DNA of 39,138 nucleotides, from the UHGV virus genome UHGV-0198113. The stretch is one strand, 5' to 3'. The position numbers and the translations under genes were made by a program. The first letter of the stretch is position 1, and each line of letters starts with the position of its first letter. The notes beneath the pieces were generated by a model, which worked only from the letters and a program-made list of their open reading frames with translations, did not search any database and had not been told where the DNA came from. Of the stretch, positions 11,701 to 19,570 are shown piece after piece. This DNA is from a virus.

Positions 11701-13091
11701 GCTGTCAGTGTTGCCTGCGTCGGGTATTTACTGTTAACGTAATCCGTTAACTGTTGTTTCGTTTTCCCGTAAGCCAAAGCAGCATCTGACGCGATACCGT
11801 TTAACTCTAACGCACGAATCGGTCCCCACGTATCGACGTGTGGGTTATCTTTACGGGTAACGTGCTCGTGAGCTGGTGCGTTGCGGTAAAGCTGTTCCAC
11901 CAACTGATGGTATTTGACAATCAGCTGATAAACGTCATTGCTTACGTCGGCGTCTGGCGCACCAGGTAACGCAAGGAATTGTGCATAATCGTTTTCAGCC
12001 GCCCACCAGTTTAGATTAACGTTGGTTTTATATTTCAACCATTTCGCAACATCTGTTTTGCTATAACCTGCTGAGAATTCGGATGGTGGGTTATCAACGT
12101 TGAACGTGTAGTCCATCGTCTGTTTGTTAGTCGTCACCTCGATAACATACACACCGTTACCAGGCTGACGAACAACACTAAACGTTAACTCACCTTTCAA
12201 TTCGCTGTCGGTCAGTCCGTTGATTAGCGTATAGTCGTAATCGGTTGAGCCGCTTCCTAACGCTACGGTCAGGCGCAAAGAGATTTTACGCTGCTTTAAT
12301 TGAAGACGAAGGATACTTGCACCGCCATTCGCGTAGCACAACATCCAATCGATTTGTTCATTTGGGTTAATGCTTCCCATGTTCGGGAAAATACCAGGAA
12401 TACGGTATTTCATCGACAGGGAGTAGTCATTTAACGTCGTGGTTTTGTACGTAACGGCAAAACGGCGTTTTGTAGTGTTGTACGTATAACCGCCTTTGTT
12501 ATCGTACGTTGCATACTGTTCTGACGTGATAACCGTGCCGTTAGCACGATGCTCAATATCTAACGTGTTACGTGCAATCGGGTCTAACCGATTTACAACG
12601 TTACCTAAGGAGTCGCCTAAGCCTGCGATGGCTTGCATTAACTCCAGTTCACCTTTCCAGTTTTCCCAATCGAACTGAATGTCAACGGGTGGAAAGTAAA
12701 CGTCCCCGATAACGGTGTCCCATTGACACGTAGACGGGTATTTATCTTTATTTAACTCACGCTCTGCGCTAATCTGCTGCTGTGTGGCTTCACCACAACC
12801 AACGGCATGATAATCCACAGTAAAATTCGACTTGTATTTGTCGTTAACAATCCAAATCATCCCGTGAATGAGATAGGCTGTGCGCAACATACCTGTCTCG
12901 TACGGGTGTGTAATTACGTAATCGTCGCCTAAGGTCAGTGTTTTGCCGCCGCTCTTGACCACCAGGGACGTGGTGAAAAAAGGGGCGTGGGCAGGTACCA
13001 ACATTCGGTACTTCGTACCAATGACGGCGACCGCTTCACCGGTTATTTTATTCCCCGGTTCTTTGAAGTGTGGGTCTAGGACGACAGCCAT
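8769..13091 (-). CDS. giant structural protein (1440 aa), tail-fibre/tailspike-like
   Basis: Track ORF; AGGAG RBS; N-terminal 'HAPFFTTSLVVKSGG...GDDYVITH' motif; stops 10 nt before the next gene starts (operon). Confidence 0.8.
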   Translation of the reverse strand: MAVVLDPHFKEPGNKITGEAVAVIGTKYRMLVPAHAPFFTTSLVVKSGGKTLTLGDDYVITHPYETGMLRTAYLIHGMIWIVNDKYKSNFTVDYHAVGCGEATQQQISAERELNKDKYPSTCQWDTVIGDVYFPPVDIQFDWENWKGELELMQAIAGLGDSLGNVVNRLDPIARNTLDIEHRANGTVITSEQYATYDNKGGYTYNTTKRRFAVTYKTTTLNDYSLSMKYRIPGIFPNMGSINPNEQIDWMLCYANGGASILRLQLKQRKISLRLTVALGSGSTDYDYTLINGLTDSELKGELTFSVVRQPGNGVYVIEVTTNKQTMDYTFNVDNPPSEFSAGYSKTDVAKWLKYKTNVNLNWWAAENDYAQFLALPGAPDADVSNDVYQLIVKYHQLVEQLYRNAPAHEHVTRKDNPHVDTWGPIRALELNGIASDAALAYGKTKQQLTDYVNSKYPTQATLTAQNKLLRTAANKTVDGTIRTLPGFTSFTTEVDPVSMSKYVNPYFSESYVSNGYTYHGALRYTGTKNGFGTYFNGVPANLQDIDFIVTGRKTASGNEAVGMVGLRFYENPGSNSGKFIQLTGEVLSGRVSIGLQLNGYANPQPEVQYVSQIADPAIPDDDFTLRFQLKRTGNVFDIVVTVNGKTYSARVNFVNMDAALEALENQHHFKTLINNVADSVSIISQNKGNTVTIKKAPDVVDETRLGAQFAVDPKSIKFIGQGSTEVNAGNNPVTFQAGTNQLVLYADDRGLQWRGKKLLDPTTVGPYLPGNTAGGTGLFYANSTATVTITGNGIKASPFVATFVLPTATDTTSLAGWQLTDEFGTAENLAATPALITKLDAEFTGKLVAVKSYINDMPLTSSITIDKITFNLGNVANTPDVDLPISVAQQTELDKYSPKVHRHPSTAFGVENATTDKRGLIKFGLAVDDATLALDASVVMDQTARIEKLEATVGNVDSGARIDIIRYGETGNDLIEVTVKDKILVTLPATTYFIGGETYQVPLMTVNTAERFPKLNTEIVAGVFVDIVDNRATYVIHDSYSQAETDTMTRVGMIGVNDISEVYLTELRNVTRLGDFRELSEHIANDNAHIQRSAPRAALGLRNLTVGAPCWASGLQAVTRGEADWRFAMGNTYKALDGVKYDSLASKWIFDPKGVSDNVHGFIHNLFPLFSNAGVRVTWETESNAKTGTVLETILGCWRNNANEFVRLSLLVTRGYRLTDSKGEYCYAGFGLNFANGKSVVLGFTPTKRVTPAPWSTLQPDITFTHRRGANNDVTFNATLTLAGTVYTIVVYLSDVDKYVSCTAAGGTTQKISLTDRLGELDISPIVNDPYTPIYYGLGGLYDDEVRANLRTTADSITANKSYGTLLDYIANYSALNRARLIETAGPSSDPETLNALVAKEFDDNLADYNALPIPPYLNKERVMSFLGENNKLNAVIIRD

Positions 13092-13158
13092 TATCTACTC
13101 CTATAATCCGTGGGCGTCGAGTTCATACTATGACTTGAATCTATAGAGGAAAAGAGCT

Positions 13159-14421
13159 GTGACTACTGCTTATCAAGTGCGGCCCGACAGCGCTTTTGGC
13201 TTCTCTCGAGAGTCCCGTACCTGGGGAGCCATCGATGTCACGCAACCTTTAGCTACACTGTGTTCGGATTACCACACCTTTGAGGTCGGCCTGAGTGCGC
13301 TTGGTAAAGACTATACGTTAGTCAGCCAGTATCACCTTGCTGAATTACAAAACCGAACCGATACTTTACAAGACTGGTTGAATGAAAAAGCCGGTGTGGT
13401 TATTCCTACCTTAAAAGCAGGATTACCGAAACTGGAATTCAGCTGGGCGCATTACCAATCGATTAACGCAGACGTACCCGTTGAGTCTTACCTGTGCCCT
13501 GCGGGTTATCATTACAGTCAGGATTTCAGTCTGGATGATGCGACAGATGTGGTGATAGTCTGTGAAGACAAATGGAAAGACAAATACCGTAACGGGGTGC
13601 TATACAACATCAACGGGCAATGGGTGCCGCATCAATCTGATTCTGTTGGTGTACGATTACCTGGTGCTGGGAATATCGTTAGACGTGCAGGTACACCAGA
13701 TATCGGTTGCATGGTTTTTGATGCGCTCGGTGCGGTGAAAACATACCCGATTGCTAATCTTACCTTAAACAAACTCGACACCACGCGCGATTACTATTCA
13801 ACGTTAATGATTTCGTTGCCCGAATCCATAACCGGTAAAACCGTAGGGTTCGTTATTGGTGGGATGTTACGTTGGCTGCCTGCGAACGGTTATTTCTCCG
13901 ATCGTGCGATTATGATTTCTTTACCGAATTTCGATCTTGCGCGCACGGTGTTAGAAACACGGCGTTACTACGATTGGGATGCTATCGGTGTAGGGGATTT
14001 ATCTTCACCTGCTAACGTTCAACGAATTCGCAACCCAGAAACATTAAAAGCGCTCTTACTTCACGAATCTTCGTTTATTTTTACGGTGGATAATCCGTAT
14101 TTAGAAGAAGAGATTGTGGGCGTATCGCATAACGCGATTTGGGGACGTTGTTATCTCAAAGACCCTAACGATCCTGATTCTGAAAAACCGTTAGGCTATT
14201 TAAATAACCGATTCGGAAAGACGGTAGGTTATTGGCCTACGTGGGAAGAAGGTGAGTGGGTATTTAACACCACCGAGTTCGACAGTCAAAACTACGTATT
14301 TCGTGAAGCTCGCTGGTATAACCAGAAGAAGATTAACGATGCGCAAGCGATAGTCGGGCCCTTCGGCCCCTGGGAAAAAGTGTATTTAGAAATGCATCGT
14401 TTTCGTGCACGAAAAAAATAA
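13159..14421 (+). CDS. hypothetical protein (420 aa), GTG start
   Basis: Track ORF; GAGGA RBS upstream of GTG; followed by a strong terminator. No motif recognised. Confidence 0.6.
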   Translation: MTTAYQVRPDSAFGFSRESRTWGAIDVTQPLATLCSDYHTFEVGLSALGKDYTLVSQYHLAELQNRTDTLQDWLNEKAGVVIPTLKAGLPKLEFSWAHYQSINADVPVESYLCPAGYHYSQDFSLDDATDVVIVCEDKWKDKYRNGVLYNINGQWVPHQSDSVGVRLPGAGNIVRRAGTPDIGCMVFDALGAVKTYPIANLTLNKLDTTRDYYSTLMISLPESITGKTVGFVIGGMLRWLPANGYFSDRAIMISLPNFDLARTVLETRRYYDWDAIGVGDLSSPANVQRIRNPETLKALLLHESSFIFTVDNPYLEEEIVGVSHNAIWGRCYLKDPNDPDSEKPLGYLNNRFGKTVGYWPTWEEGEWVFNTTEFDSQNYVFREARWYNQKKINDAQAIVGPFGPWEKVYLEMHRFRARKK

Positions 14422-14427
14422 AGTAAC

Positions 14428-14470
14428 CTCCTACCCTCTTAGAGGGTAGGAGTAGCACGTTTTTTTTTTC
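14428..14470. terminator. bidirectional rho-independent terminator
   Basis: 11-bp perfect stem CTCCTACCCTC/GAGGGTAGGAG with TTA loop (14428-14452), T11 run on plus (14460-14470) and T-rich tract on minus; sits between convergent genes. Confidence 0.75.
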
Positions 14471-14472
14471 GC

Positions 14473-14682
14473 TTAGTCTTTTTTGTAGACGATCGCGTTG
14501 CCGTGCAGTTTGTTGTTACCAGAGATACCGATAACTTTAAATGCGTCACCACCGATTTTCTCGGCTTCAGCAGCCAGTTTACCGGTTACGTGGTCAACGG
14601 TATCACCAAAGGCACTAACGTTACCAATTTTCTTAAACTCTTCTGGGATATGCTCAGCAGAAGAGAACTCTTTAATAGACAT
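14473..14682 (-). CDS. DUF1471 (BhsA/YdgH/McbA-like) small protein, no signal peptide
   Basis: Track ORF; GGAGAG RBS; 'KIGNVSA...AEKIGGDAFKVIGISGNNKLHGNAIVYKK' matches the BhsA-family core as I recall it; in-frame stop 11 codons upstream rules out an N-terminal extension. Confidence 0.65.
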   Translation of the reverse strand: MSIKEFSSAEHIPEEFKKIGNVSAFGDTVDHVTGKLAAEAEKIGGDAFKVIGISGNNKLHGNAIVYKKD

Positions 14683-14753
14683 AACAGCTCTCCATTTCAG
14701 AAAAGGAATACGGGTCTAAGACCGTAGTGTGTTACAACCAAAGCATAAGATAA

Positions 14754-14773
14754 CTCCTCCCCGAAGGGAGGAG
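14754..14773 (-). terminator. C(UUCG)G tetraloop hairpin terminator for the 321-aa minus-strand gene
   Basis: 8-bp stem CTCCTCCC/GGGAGGAG; loop reads UUCG on the minus strand; T-rich tract follows in the minus direction. Confidence 0.55.
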
Positions 14774-14891
14774 AAGAGTGCGCGAAAAGAAGTGGCCTGC
14801 TTAACTAAACGATGGGTTTAAGAAAAGTGTTGATAAGAAGCTTACCAACGTCAGGTCACAATATATAAACGCAACGTAAGAAAAAGGGGAA

Positions 14892-15857
14892 TTACCGTGG
14901 ACCCGAAGTAGGACCGTGTACACCGTCGTGGATGTGTACGCTGAAAGTAATGCCCGCAATAACCGCATCTTTAACCGTAAAGATACCCACACCTTCCCCA
15001 GTACCGCCGTACTTGAAGTTTTTAGCCACTTCAAGATTACCGGTGAATTGTGCTTCATTCCCTTCTTGTTTAAAGTTCGGCGTTTTAAAGGTGGTCGAAC
15101 TCCCCGCTTCCGTTAACCAGGTTTGTGTTTTAAAGGTAACGGATTTCGATGCTTCTGTATTGCGAACTTCGCATTTCTCATTAATCGTTTTTGTTTCCAG
15201 GTTAATAGAACGCTTTGAATAAATGAACGCATCTTCTTTGTTGATGTTCACTTTTGATAGCATCGCATTCTCAAACCCGAGATCATCTTCGACCGAGTTA
15301 ATGTAATACTTGTTCCCTTTATGGTCAACGCATTGCCACGATCCGTTTGCGTTGTCAAACTGGAATAACCACGCCGCTTTCTCGCCATTCACCATACATG
15401 TTCTTAGCGTGATATGTTTGTCAATCGTCGAGACATTCAACACATACGCATTGGACAGGTCATCCGCCATTTGGTTTTCGGGGTCAGCCGACCACGCATA
15501 AACCGCATCTTCTAATCGCTTAACGTTAGCGAAATTCAAATCAATCCAAAAATAAATATCGGTTTTCCCCAAACGTAACAAGATAACGTAGTCTTCTCGT
15601 TTAACGTCAGGGGAATTAATTCGGTTGGAGTTAAACTTCCACCACTTTGCTGTTATCGTGTTACCCGTCTTAATGGTTAGGTTATCTGTTGCACCAGACG
15701 TTTCATGCGTCTTTTCAGTTGCTGAAGAAACAGATTGCACCACAGTAGGGTTAGCAAAGTTGGTTTCAATTGGTATCACTTTTACCCGATCTGTACCACG
15801 GGGTTTGTCTTCCGCGACGATACCAATTGAGAAAAAATCAACACTGGATTTCTCCAT
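14892..15857 (-). CDS. hypothetical protein (321 aa)
   Basis: Track ORF; AAGGAA RBS 7 nt upstream on minus strand. No motif recognised. Confidence 0.7.
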   Translation of the reverse strand: MEKSSVDFFSIGIVAEDKPRGTDRVKVIPIETNFANPTVVQSVSSATEKTHETSGATDNLTIKTGNTITAKWWKFNSNRINSPDVKREDYVILLRLGKTDIYFWIDLNFANVKRLEDAVYAWSADPENQMADDLSNAYVLNVSTIDKHITLRTCMVNGEKAAWLFQFDNANGSWQCVDHKGNKYYINSVEDDLGFENAMLSKVNINKEDAFIYSKRSINLETKTINEKCEVRNTEASKSVTFKTQTWLTEAGSSTTFKTPNFKQEGNEAQFTGNLEVAKNFKYGGTGEGVGIFTVKDAVIAGITFSVHIHDGVHGPTSGPR

Positions 15858-15883
15858 CGGGACGTTCCTTAGATCGGAATTGG

Positions 15884-15908
15884 TTTCAGATATATTTTAC
15901 TTAGGTGA
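15884..15908 (+). promoter_or_regulatory. conserved 25-nt motif TTTCAGATATATTTTACTTAGGTGA (copy 1), candidate phage promoter or regulatory site
   Basis: Near-identical second copy at 20208-20232 (one mismatch); both intergenic and upstream of plus-strand gene blocks. Confidence 0.4.
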
Positions 15909-16243
15909 ATAGGGACTGAAGTGCGAGTTCAGTCCCTACGGACACGTTTCTTTCGAAACGGAGTTACCACGTTATTAGGAAACAGACCAATGTCTACTGA
16001 GAAGAAAGGCGGATTGGACGAAGTCATCGAACAGTTCAAACGCTACAACCCAGCTATTCCTCGGTAATCATAGTATTACTTAAAATTTACAGATTGTCCC
16101 TTTATTCTGCTACTCGGGATACCGGTAGGGGGTAGGGGGCATTATGTATACGGATATAAATAGCGGAGGTATACGTAGTATACCGACATACTCTTCCCAG
16201 AGGAACGTAGTGACTTCCTTATTCCTTTTTAGGAGAATAATCC

Positions 16244-16996
16244 ATGCTGACAGCAGAAGTTTTTGTTAACCAATACTTAGATGAACTCTTTGCTAAGACC
16301 TATTTAGAGATCGCCTCTCCTATCGTTGAAGATTTAGTAGGTTCAAAATACCCTGCTAAATTAGTCGAAATCAAAACGGTTAAGCCTGAAAACGTTCCTA
16401 CTGACGAACCAGAGGATAAATATCGGATTACCGCTTATGCTAATAGCGTATTCAGTATTCTTAACAGCGAAACTGGTGTGATGCTTATTTACAGTATCAT
16501 TACCGAAAGCGATTTTAATTCAGTACGCTACGCTATCGAAAATCTGGCTAACATTGGACCGCTTAGCCATGACCCGACCATTATAACAGAACAGTGGGCA
16601 TTAATGTCTGTATTTGCCCACTTCCCTTTATTCCGCCACGGAATTGCATTAATTCATCGTGAATTTGAAGTACCTTACAATGCGGAACTAACGTTACTGG
16701 GTCCTGGTTTTAATCTCTACCCGTTAAGGGACGATAACGATAAGTTATACGGCGTCCATATCTACTTTAAATGCTTCGAGGAGCTGTACGTTCTTGAGTT
16801 AATTGCTTCGGATATAGTAAAAGAAATCCCAGAAGTAGAAACGATTTCCAGAAATACTCACGTGATCGAAATCAATCCCAACGATCCGATGTTGAAATAC
16901 CGTGATGAAGTCGATATACTTAGCATCGCTACTGTTAGAGGCTGGGGCGCTGCTGAAATTACCAATAACCGCTTGTTATTGTTAAAACACGCGTAA
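16244..16996 (+). CDS. hypothetical protein (250 aa); paralog-family member 1
   Basis: Track ORF; AGGAGA RBS; C-terminus '...VRGWGAAEITNNRLLLLKHA' is a diverged copy of the GW...G(K)QLLF module. Confidence 0.7.
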   Translation: MLTAEVFVNQYLDELFAKTYLEIASPIVEDLVGSKYPAKLVEIKTVKPENVPTDEPEDKYRITAYANSVFSILNSETGVMLIYSIITESDFNSVRYAIENLANIGPLSHDPTIITEQWALMSVFAHFPLFRHGIALIHREFEVPYNAELTLLGPGFNLYPLRDDNDKLYGVHIYFKCFEELYVLELIASDIVKEIPEVETISRNTHVIEINPNDPMLKYRDEVDILSIATVRGWGAAEITNNRLLLLKHA

Positions 16997-17023
16997 GTAA
17001 AAAAACCGAAAAGGAGAATAATC

Positions 17024-17578
17024 ATGTATCACGCTAAATTGAAAAATGAAATCGTTCAATCTCTTGAAAAGGGTGTTGGTGAACACTACTTTACTTGTCC
17101 TTATACCGTACTGACTAATACCATTATCTCACCGGACGTGATGGTAGTGGGTGTAACCGTACAAGCGGTGGGAGAAACACCGATGTTCCGCAGAATTCCA
17201 CGTAACACGGATATCTCTTTCAGAAGTGGGTTTACGTCTTACCTTCGAAGCTTACTGGGAGATACCGCTTGGAAAACAGGCAGTTTCTTCCACGAAGGGA
17301 AAACATCTGTGTTGGTTTATAAGGAAGGTGTTAAGTATTCGGTTGATTTTCTCTTAGCGCGTCTGTATAGCTTCTTTCCAAGCCCTACTGATTGCACGCC
17401 AGACAATCCGGGTAAGCTGTTAAATCAAGACGAAGCTGAAGCGTTGTTTGAACAACTTCGGAAAGAACATTGTAATGCTGACGACTGGGAAACCCTCATC
17501 GCTGTCGCTAAAGCGCATGGCTGGTATACCGTGCGTAAAGTAGGTAAACAATTGTTGTTCTTAGCTTATAATGTTTAA
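17024..17578 (+). CDS. hypothetical protein (184 aa); paralog-family member 2
   Basis: Track ORF; AAGGAGA RBS; C-terminus 'AHGWYTVRKVGKQLLFLAYNV'; internal related copy 'AWKTGSFFHEGKTSVLVYK'. Confidence 0.75.
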   Translation: MYHAKLKNEIVQSLEKGVGEHYFTCPYTVLTNTIISPDVMVVGVTVQAVGETPMFRRIPRNTDISFRSGFTSYLRSLLGDTAWKTGSFFHEGKTSVLVYKEGVKYSVDFLLARLYSFFPSPTDCTPDNPGKLLNQDEAEALFEQLRKEHCNADDWETLIAVAKAHGWYTVRKVGKQLLFLAYNV

Positions 17579-17589
17579 GGGATGATATC

Positions 17590-18717
17590 ATGCATATCTA
17601 CAATAACTCACCGTCGCATAGACTCTATCTTGAATTACTTTTCGAAGATTACAAGAAAGGTGTACCGAAAATACTACTCAATATCCCGTGTGCTACGCAA
17701 AATGATTTGTTCGGGCGCGTTTTTGGTTGCACCGTTAACGCTTTGCCAGAACCAATCTGTGCACCCGTGGATATTTGTGTTTTCGACGAACGCATTGAGG
17801 ATTTTCAATTCACTCTATACGCAAATGAGTCGTTACCCTACGACAAACTTTACGTCCGTGAGTTAAAATCAAATCAACGTTTAATGTATCGTGTTTACCC
17901 ATCGGAGAAATTCTCATTACTGGAGTATAAAATCAGGCGGCTGCCTTACGAGGGTGTGAAATTACTCGACCAGCAGGATATGACTTTTCTGGAAGAACTC
18001 TGTGGATTTGAAATTGAGAAGATTCACGTAATTCAAGAAATATCCCAAAACGTACCTACACGCCGCACCCCTAACGGTGGGTTTCCGTACGAGTTCATCG
18101 ACACAGGACTAAGGCTCGTAACCGAATTTAACGACGTAATGTATTACGCAGTGTGTATTGAACGTAAAGTAGTGGAGAAAGAAATGACAAGTACATTGAA
18201 AGAAGAATTAGCACAATTCATTCGTGACGTCGAAGAGAAAAGCAAGAGCGATCACATTTTCTCACAACGCTATCCTGAACTTATTGACGAAACCACCGAT
18301 AGTGTCGTCGACGGTATACGCATTTTCCCAAGTGGTCTTGCAATTTACCGACTGCCTAGCGTTAACCAGCTTAAAGTCATGGAAATGCTAAAAGACGTTT
18401 TAGCAGAAGCGGGTTGGGAATATCGTTTCGATTGCAATTTCGAAGGGATGGCGTTATTCCTTACAAAGAAAAATTATACGTTGTCAATCGATCTACCCAA
18501 AAGTCAATATTACAGTTTCTTCCCGAAAGCGGATGATCGCACTGAAAAAGAACCTGCGTTGTTACTTGATGCGGCAGAATCCAATACGCTAATGATGCAA
18601 TTGCGGTCGATTGACAAAAAGTTAAATACCGGTCATTTAACGACGATCGGTAAAGATTACGGTTGGAAATCTGTCGAATCGTACGGCAGTCAGCTGTTGT
18701 TTGTTGCTGACCTTTAA
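17590..18717 (+). CDS. hypothetical protein (375 aa); paralog-family member 3
   Basis: Track ORF; C-terminus 'DYGWKSVESYGSQLLFVADL'; internal copy 'AGWEYRFDCNFEGMALFLTK'. Confidence 0.75.
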   Translation: MHIYNNSPSHRLYLELLFEDYKKGVPKILLNIPCATQNDLFGRVFGCTVNALPEPICAPVDICVFDERIEDFQFTLYANESLPYDKLYVRELKSNQRLMYRVYPSEKFSLLEYKIRRLPYEGVKLLDQQDMTFLEELCGFEIEKIHVIQEISQNVPTRRTPNGGFPYEFIDTGLRLVTEFNDVMYYAVCIERKVVEKEMTSTLKEELAQFIRDVEEKSKSDHIFSQRYPELIDETTDSVVDGIRIFPSGLAIYRLPSVNQLKVMEMLKDVLAEAGWEYRFDCNFEGMALFLTKKNYTLSIDLPKSQYYSFFPKADDRTEKEPALLLDAAESNTLMMQLRSIDKKLNTGHLTTIGKDYGWKSVESYGSQLLFVADL

Positions 18718-18784
18718 TAAACGAAAATACACTTTCTCTAACTGCCGCGCTTTAGTCGCGGCTTTTGTTAAGAAGGAAATAGAA

Positions 18785-19558
18785 ATGAAAATCCATTTAG
18801 ATGCACTTTTTGAATCAGAACACTACGTGATTAATGGCTCGCTGGCCTCGTTGTTGCTGGACGATAAATATAATCGAACACTCCAATTGCGGTCCGTCGA
18901 ATCCGCACCAACAGAAGACGTAGGTCTTTACCAACGTGTCAATCATACCCGTGGGGAATATCGCCGATATAAACCCGACTCACTCAGCGTTAAGCTCTGG
19001 CAACTAAGTACAGGCAAAGTATTAAGTTACCACACGGTTGGCCTGTATTACGTTGAACGTGCACATCTGTGGTTAGAAGAAGTTAAAGAGATGGATTATG
19101 ATCTCTTAAGCAAAAGACTGCGCGATAACAATAACAGCTTACCGATACGTAATTATTTCTCCACAGTCGAAAATAGTCGTTGTTTCGTTTCCCGTAAATC
19201 CATGATATTGCCTGGGGTCGAAGTTCAGACGACATTAAAAGACGCGGTCGTGAAGAAAATCTTTCATGAGTCTAAACATGTCGGTTTTCGTATTTATCTA
19301 ACGCACAAAAGGCCATTTACCGTGATTAGTGTTGTTAACGTACCTGAAGGATCATCAATCATTCAAGAACTCCCTGACGCCCGTGACCGTTGCCCTAATG
19401 AGCCGCTCTACTTAATGTCAGGAACAAAATCAGCCTCGTTGATCTCTCGTTACAGCATGATAGATGTTGTTGACGCTGCTATGAAGCTAGGTTGGAAAGA
19501 AGTGCAGCAACATGGTAAACAGTTGCTGTTTATTGCAGATGTAAAACTTAATCAATAG
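18785..19558 (+). CDS. hypothetical protein (~257 aa); paralog-family member 4
   Basis: Track ORF 18701-19558 trimmed to the first ATG with an AAGGA RBS (track start is a TTG inside the previous gene); C-terminus 'KLGWKEVQQHGKQLLFIADVKLNQ'; internal copy 'LWQLSTGKVLSYH'. Confidence 0.7.
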   Translation: MKIHLDALFESEHYVINGSLASLLLDDKYNRTLQLRSVESAPTEDVGLYQRVNHTRGEYRRYKPDSLSVKLWQLSTGKVLSYHTVGLYYVERAHLWLEEVKEMDYDLLSKRLRDNNNSLPIRNYFSTVENSRCFVSRKSMILPGVEVQTTLKDAVVKKIFHESKHVGFRIYLTHKRPFTVISVVNVPEGSSIIQELPDARDRCPNEPLYLMSGTKSASLISRYSMIDVVDAAMKLGWKEVQQHGKQLLFIADVKLNQ

Positions 19559-19570
19559 TGAGGTGGTACC

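Noticed and set aside
17582-17866. 94-aa ORF in an alternative frame overlapping the start of 17590-18717
   Set aside because: Same strand, different frame of a longer gene with better context; likely spurious.
17024-19558. Reading the C-terminal 'QLLF' as a sliding-clamp-binding motif (QL[SD]LF or PIP box)
   Set aside because: Residue order does not fit either consensus (F and L swapped relative to QLxLF; no aromatic pair for a PIP box); kept only as part of the unexplained paralog module.
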